DNA of 61,713 bases, the filler included. It is 4 parts of 4 records of this genome, joined end to end, with 100 filler letters (N's around TTAATTAATTAA, not from the genome) between each part and the next. Parts side by side here need not be neighbours in the genome. Positions count along the whole stretch, not along the records: positions 55,279 to 61,713 come from SRR20825010_802; 3 more parts are not named here. One strand, 5' to 3'. A model generated the notes under the pieces. It saw only the letters and a list, made by a program, of their open reading frames with translations. It ran no database searches and was not told where the DNA came from. Made by a program: the position numbers and the translations under genes. Shown piece after piece: positions 58,593 to 61,713 of the stretch (position 1 is the stretch's first letter; every line of letters begins with the position of its first letter).

Positions 58593-59699
58593 ATTAAGAC
58601 AGTAAGGTTCTCAGAATCAGAATTATCTGAATTCTCCCAAACATTAAGAAAGCGAGTTTATGGACATTTCACGTCCACAAACAAATCGAAGTACGGAAAC
58701 ACGGAAATGGTGATTAAGTCCATTATTCTAGTCTCCATGTATGTCGTGCCTCTTTCTCTAGTGATCACGGGCGTGGCAACCACCACATTCCAGTTATTTG
58801 CTTGTTATTTATTCTCAGCTTTTGGAATGGCTGGCGTGGGTATGGGAGTTATGCATGATGCAATTCATGGATCCTATTCAAAACATAAGAAAGTAAACAC
58901 CTGGGTAGGGTATACCCTTGATATGGTGGGAGCAAGTTCCATGGTTTGGCACCTTCAGCACAATGTGCTTCATCATAGCTATACTAATATTGACGAGCAT
59001 GACGACGATATTAATGCGCCTTTCTTTTTGAGATTCTCTCCGAATGCTGAGAAAAACGGTTTGCATAAATTTCAACATCTATACGCTTGGTTCTTCTATT
59101 CGCTATCGACCATCTCATGGGTGACTGCAAAAGACTTTATCAGATTTACTAGGTATTATAATAAAGGTCTTGTAAAAGGTGGAGAGAAAGCTTACAAAAA
59201 GGGCATCATTAAATTGGTATTCTTAAAGCTTGCATATTTCGCTGTTGTGCTAGGATTGCCAATTTTGTTCGCGCCATTTTCTGCGGGCATAATTATACTA
59301 GCGTTTATAATGATGCATTTTGTTACTGGTTTTATCATTACCATGGTTTTCCAGATAGCGCATATAGTAGAAGTGGTTGATTTCCCTAAAGCTGACACAA
59401 ATGGTGTAGTTGAAGGAGAGAGAATACTTCATCAGTTGGCGACTACTTGTAATTTCGCTCCTAAATCAAAAGTTCTATTTTGGTTTGTGGGGGGGTTGAA
59501 TTTCCAAGTAGAGCATCATTTGTTTCCTGATATTTGCCATGTGCATTATAAGGATATAGCACCTATTGTAAAGGCTACAGCGGAAGAATTCAATGTGCCT
59601 TATTATTCAAAACCACATTTTTTAATGGCTGTATTGGACCATTTCAAAATGCTCTATGTATTGGGTAACGAACCCGAAATGGAGCCAATCAAAGCCTGA
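58593..59699 (+). CDS. Membrane fatty-acid (acyl-CoA) desaturase; start codon atypical (ATT 58593?), first ATG at 58707
   Basis: His boxes HDAIH, HNVLHH, QVEHH; open frame upstream of ATG encodes IKTVRFS..EFSQTLRKRV..F....KSKYGN. Confidence 0.85.
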   Translation: MKTVRFSESELSEFSQTLRKRVYGHFTSTNKSKYGNTEMVIKSIILVSMYVVPLSLVITGVATTTFQLFACYLFSAFGMAGVGMGVMHDAIHGSYSKHKKVNTWVGYTLDMVGASSMVWHLQHNVLHHSYTNIDEHDDDINAPFFLRFSPNAEKNGLHKFQHLYAWFFYSLSTISWVTAKDFIRFTRYYNKGLVKGGEKAYKKGIIKLVFLKLAYFAVVLGLPILFAPFSAGIIILAFIMMHFVTGFIITMVFQIAHIVEVVDFPKADTNGVVEGERILHQLATTCNFAPKSKVLFWFVGGLNFQVEHHLFPDICHVHYKDIAPIVKATAEEFNVPYYSKPHFLMAVLDHFKMLYVLGNEPEMEPIKA

Positions 59700-59706
59700 T
59701 TATCGT

Positions 59707-60909
59707 ATGAGTATTAATAGAAACACGAATACAAGACCGCCTGCTAACCAAAGACGAAATTCTCGTCCTGCAACAAGGCCAGGTCAAAATAAAAAGAAGG
59801 AATCTAAATTAGATCCAAATTTATTGATCAAAAAGGCTGAGCCTAGTGGTCAAGAAGGATTTCGCTCAGAGACACCTTTTTCAAGCGTTAACCTGAATGC
59901 CTCTTTGTTGAGAAATATAGAATCAAAGGGTTATGAAAGCATGACCAATATTCAAGAGCAGGCTATTCCGTCCTTGATGGATAGAAGAGATTTGCTTGGA
60001 ATATCAAATACTGGTTCAGGTAAGACTGGAGCATTTTTGATCCCCATTATTGAACATGCTAAACTAGATCCACAGAATTTCACCGCTTTGATCGTAACAC
60101 CGACTCGTGAGTTGGCTTTGCAAATCGAAGAGGAATTCAAAAGCTTAAGTAAAGGAATGAACCTGTATTCTAATACTTTCATCGGTGGAACGAATATCAA
60201 TTCTGATTTTAAAGCTTTAAGTAGAAAGCTACATGTGATTGTGGGGACTCCAGGTAGATTATTGGATCTTTCAAATCGCAAACTGCTGCATCTCAACCGA
60301 GTAAATACGCTTGTGTTGGATGAATTTGATAGAATGTTAGATATGGGTTTTGTACATGATGTAAAAAAACTCGTAAATTTGATGACGAAGAGAAGTCAAA
60401 CAATGCTTTTCTCTGCGACATTGGAACCAAGTCAAAAACAGCTTATTGACGGATTGCTTAATAATCCTGTTGAGATCAAAGTAAATACTGGTGGTACAAC
60501 CAGTGAGAATGTAGATCAAGAAGTTATTCACGTGCCGGAAGGCAAGAATAAGTTTGATATACTTGCTGATTTATTCAGAGGCAATGATTTGGAAAAAGTG
60601 ATTATTTTCACTGAAACCAAAAGGCTAGCAGATAAGTTAAGTAAGCAATTAAATCAGTCTGGTATTAAATCTGGGTTGATTCATGGAAATAAGTCCCAAA
60701 ACTTCCGGAATAGAACGATTGATGAGTTCAAAACTGGAGTGACTCGAGTGCTAGTGGCTACTGATGTAGCAGCTAGAGGTATAGACGTAGCTGATGTGAC
60801 CCATGTGATCAATTACCAGCTTCCCATGTCTATGGATAGTTATATCCACAGAATAGGCCGGACAGGTCGAGCCGGAAAAACCGGTACGGCCATAACATTT
60901 GCCAACTAA
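59707..60909 (+). CDS. DEAD/DEAH-box RNA helicase (RhlE-like)
   Basis: Q motif, TGSGKT, PTRELA, TPGRLLD, DEFD, SAT, ARGID, HRIGRTGR. Confidence 0.95.
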   Translation: MSINRNTNTRPPANQRRNSRPATRPGQNKKKESKLDPNLLIKKAEPSGQEGFRSETPFSSVNLNASLLRNIESKGYESMTNIQEQAIPSLMDRRDLLGISNTGSGKTGAFLIPIIEHAKLDPQNFTALIVTPTRELALQIEEEFKSLSKGMNLYSNTFIGGTNINSDFKALSRKLHVIVGTPGRLLDLSNRKLLHLNRVNTLVLDEFDRMLDMGFVHDVKKLVNLMTKRSQTMLFSATLEPSQKQLIDGLLNNPVEIKVNTGGTTSENVDQEVIHVPEGKNKFDILADLFRGNDLEKVIIFTETKRLADKLSKQLNQSGIKSGLIHGNKSQNFRNRTIDEFKTGVTRVLVATDVAARGIDVADVTHVINYQLPMSMDSYIHRIGRTGRAGKTGTAITFAN

Positions 60910-60919
60910 AATCGCCGAA

Positions 60920-61201
60920 ATGTCAAAAAACCAGAACACATTCATTAAAAAGCAAAAAGCAGAACTTAAAAAGAGGAAAAAAAGAGACAAGCAAGAAAAG
61001 ATGGCTGCTCGTAAAGATCAGCCGAAAAGCGGAGATCTGGACGATATGATTGCGTACGTGGATGAGTTTGGTAACATCTCAGACACTCCGCCAGAACCAG
61101 AACCACCGAAAAAAGAAAACGTACCTAGGCCATCAAGTTTGCCTAGACCGCAGAATACACAACAAAAATTTAATAGAAACAACAAATTTAAAAACGAGTA
61201 A
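60920..61201 (+). CDS. Basic cold-shock-associated protein (N-terminal module of Bacteroidota long CSPs)
   Basis: TFIKKQKAELKKRKKRDKQEK...DDMIAYVDEFGNISDTPP. Confidence 0.7.
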   Translation: MSKNQNTFIKKQKAELKKRKKRDKQEKMAARKDQPKSGDLDDMIAYVDEFGNISDTPPEPEPPKKENVPRPSSLPRPQNTQQKFNRNNKFKNE

Positions 61202-61203
61202 TC

Positions 61204-61398
61204 ATGAATGAAGGAACAGTAAAATTCTTTAACACAACCAAAGGTTTTGGTTTTATTACACCAGCAGACAACAGTGAAGATGTATTTGTACACCACTCAG
61301 GTCTAGTACACGAAATCCGTGAAAACGATCACGTTACTTATGACGTAGTTCAAGGTAAAAAAGGCGTTAACGCTGTGAACGTTAAAGTAGCTAAGTAA
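61204..61398 (+). CDS. cspA: Cold-shock protein (CspA family)
   Basis: GTVKFFN..KGFGFI (RNP1), DVFVHHS (RNP2), G.NAVNV. Confidence 0.95.
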   Translation: MNEGTVKFFNTTKGFGFITPADNSEDVFVHHSGLVHEIRENDHVTYDVVQGKKGVNAVNVKVAK

Positions 61399-61437
61399 TT
61401 CCAGTCGGGCTCTGCCCAATTAAGAAATACAAAGTTC

Positions 61438-61470
61438 AATGCCTGCAGATCTATGATTTGCAGGCATTTT
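61438..61470 (+). terminator. Intrinsic terminator
   Basis: AATGCCTGCAGATC / GATTTGCAGGCATT stem followed by T-run. Confidence 0.8.
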
Positions 61471-61623
61471 CATGTTTAATGTATTCTGTATAGGCCATCT
61501 TCTCTGGTTATGGCTACAGTATTGCAGATCCATTATAGATAGAAATATGAGATAGGTATACTGTACGGGATTGCGGATGAAATCCTCTTTGTCTAAATAT
61601 TTTTCCCTAGTTACAGGTTTCTG

Positions 61624-61713
61624 TTACTTGTTTTTAAGTTGATATATGGAAAATCTAGTGAATTCCTCCTCAAAATCTGGGTTTTCGCTTTCTTGTACCA
61701 GTATTCTATTCTT
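61624..61713 (-). CDS. Possible 3' end of a minus-strand gene entering from beyond the window
   Basis: Open frame KNRILVQESENPDFEEEFTRFSIYQLKNK* converging on the cspA terminator. Confidence 0.35.
   Translation of the reverse strand, partial: KNRILVQESENPDFEEEFTRFSIYQLKNK

Noticed and set aside
59707-60909. DEFD instead of DEAD as a sign of inactivation
   Set aside because: Still DExD, with all other helicase motifs intact.

Overview
This is not one genomic locus. It is four contigs joined by artificial 100-bp linkers (44 N + TTAATTAATTAA + 44 N) at 24951-25050, 39834-39933 and 55179-55278. Contig A (1-24950; AT-rich, Bacteroidota-type TAnnTTTG promoters) carries an ars operon (arsR-DUF6428-arsC-acr3) and a Crp/Fnr-associated cluster (TolC/MFP/RND, PII-like, DUF2892, two rhodaneses, Dps). 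It also carries a REP-like palindrome cluster, a D-aminoacylase plus serine hydrolase, a TSP3-repeat OmpA, and an H-NOX + FIST + two-kinase + Hpt + LytTR signalling operon. Contig B (25051-39833; GC-richer, probably alphaproteobacterial) carries an AbrB/Doc toxin-antitoxin pair, two orphan Cys-rich secreted proteins, ohrR-ohr, an amidohydrolase, GFA/ABM/NIPSNAP/ArsR genes, two aldo-keto reductases, a 7TM kinase and trxB. Contig C (39934-55178; Bacteroidota) carries cvfB, an AGMO-like hydroxylase, kinases, two DUF1080 genes plus Gfo/Idh/MocA, PadR with a MacB-type permease, and a VPS10/BNR protein. Contig D (55279-61713; Bacteroidota) carries a TsdA-like dihaem cytochrome plus porin and a cold-shock operon (desaturase, DEAD-box helicase, CSP-associated protein, CspA). 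The most notable signals are: (1) a Crp-like box exactly 22 nt from the -7 element at three sulfur-related promoters on two contigs; (2) a dual H-NOX/FIST gas-sensing phosphorelay whose candidate LytTR direct-repeat sites occur at three promoters; (3) two candidate GU-rich sRNAs; (4) a desaturase whose N-terminal extension has no canonical start codon. All product calls come from recognised motifs, not database searches. No rRNA, tRNA, CRISPR array or transposase was recognised.
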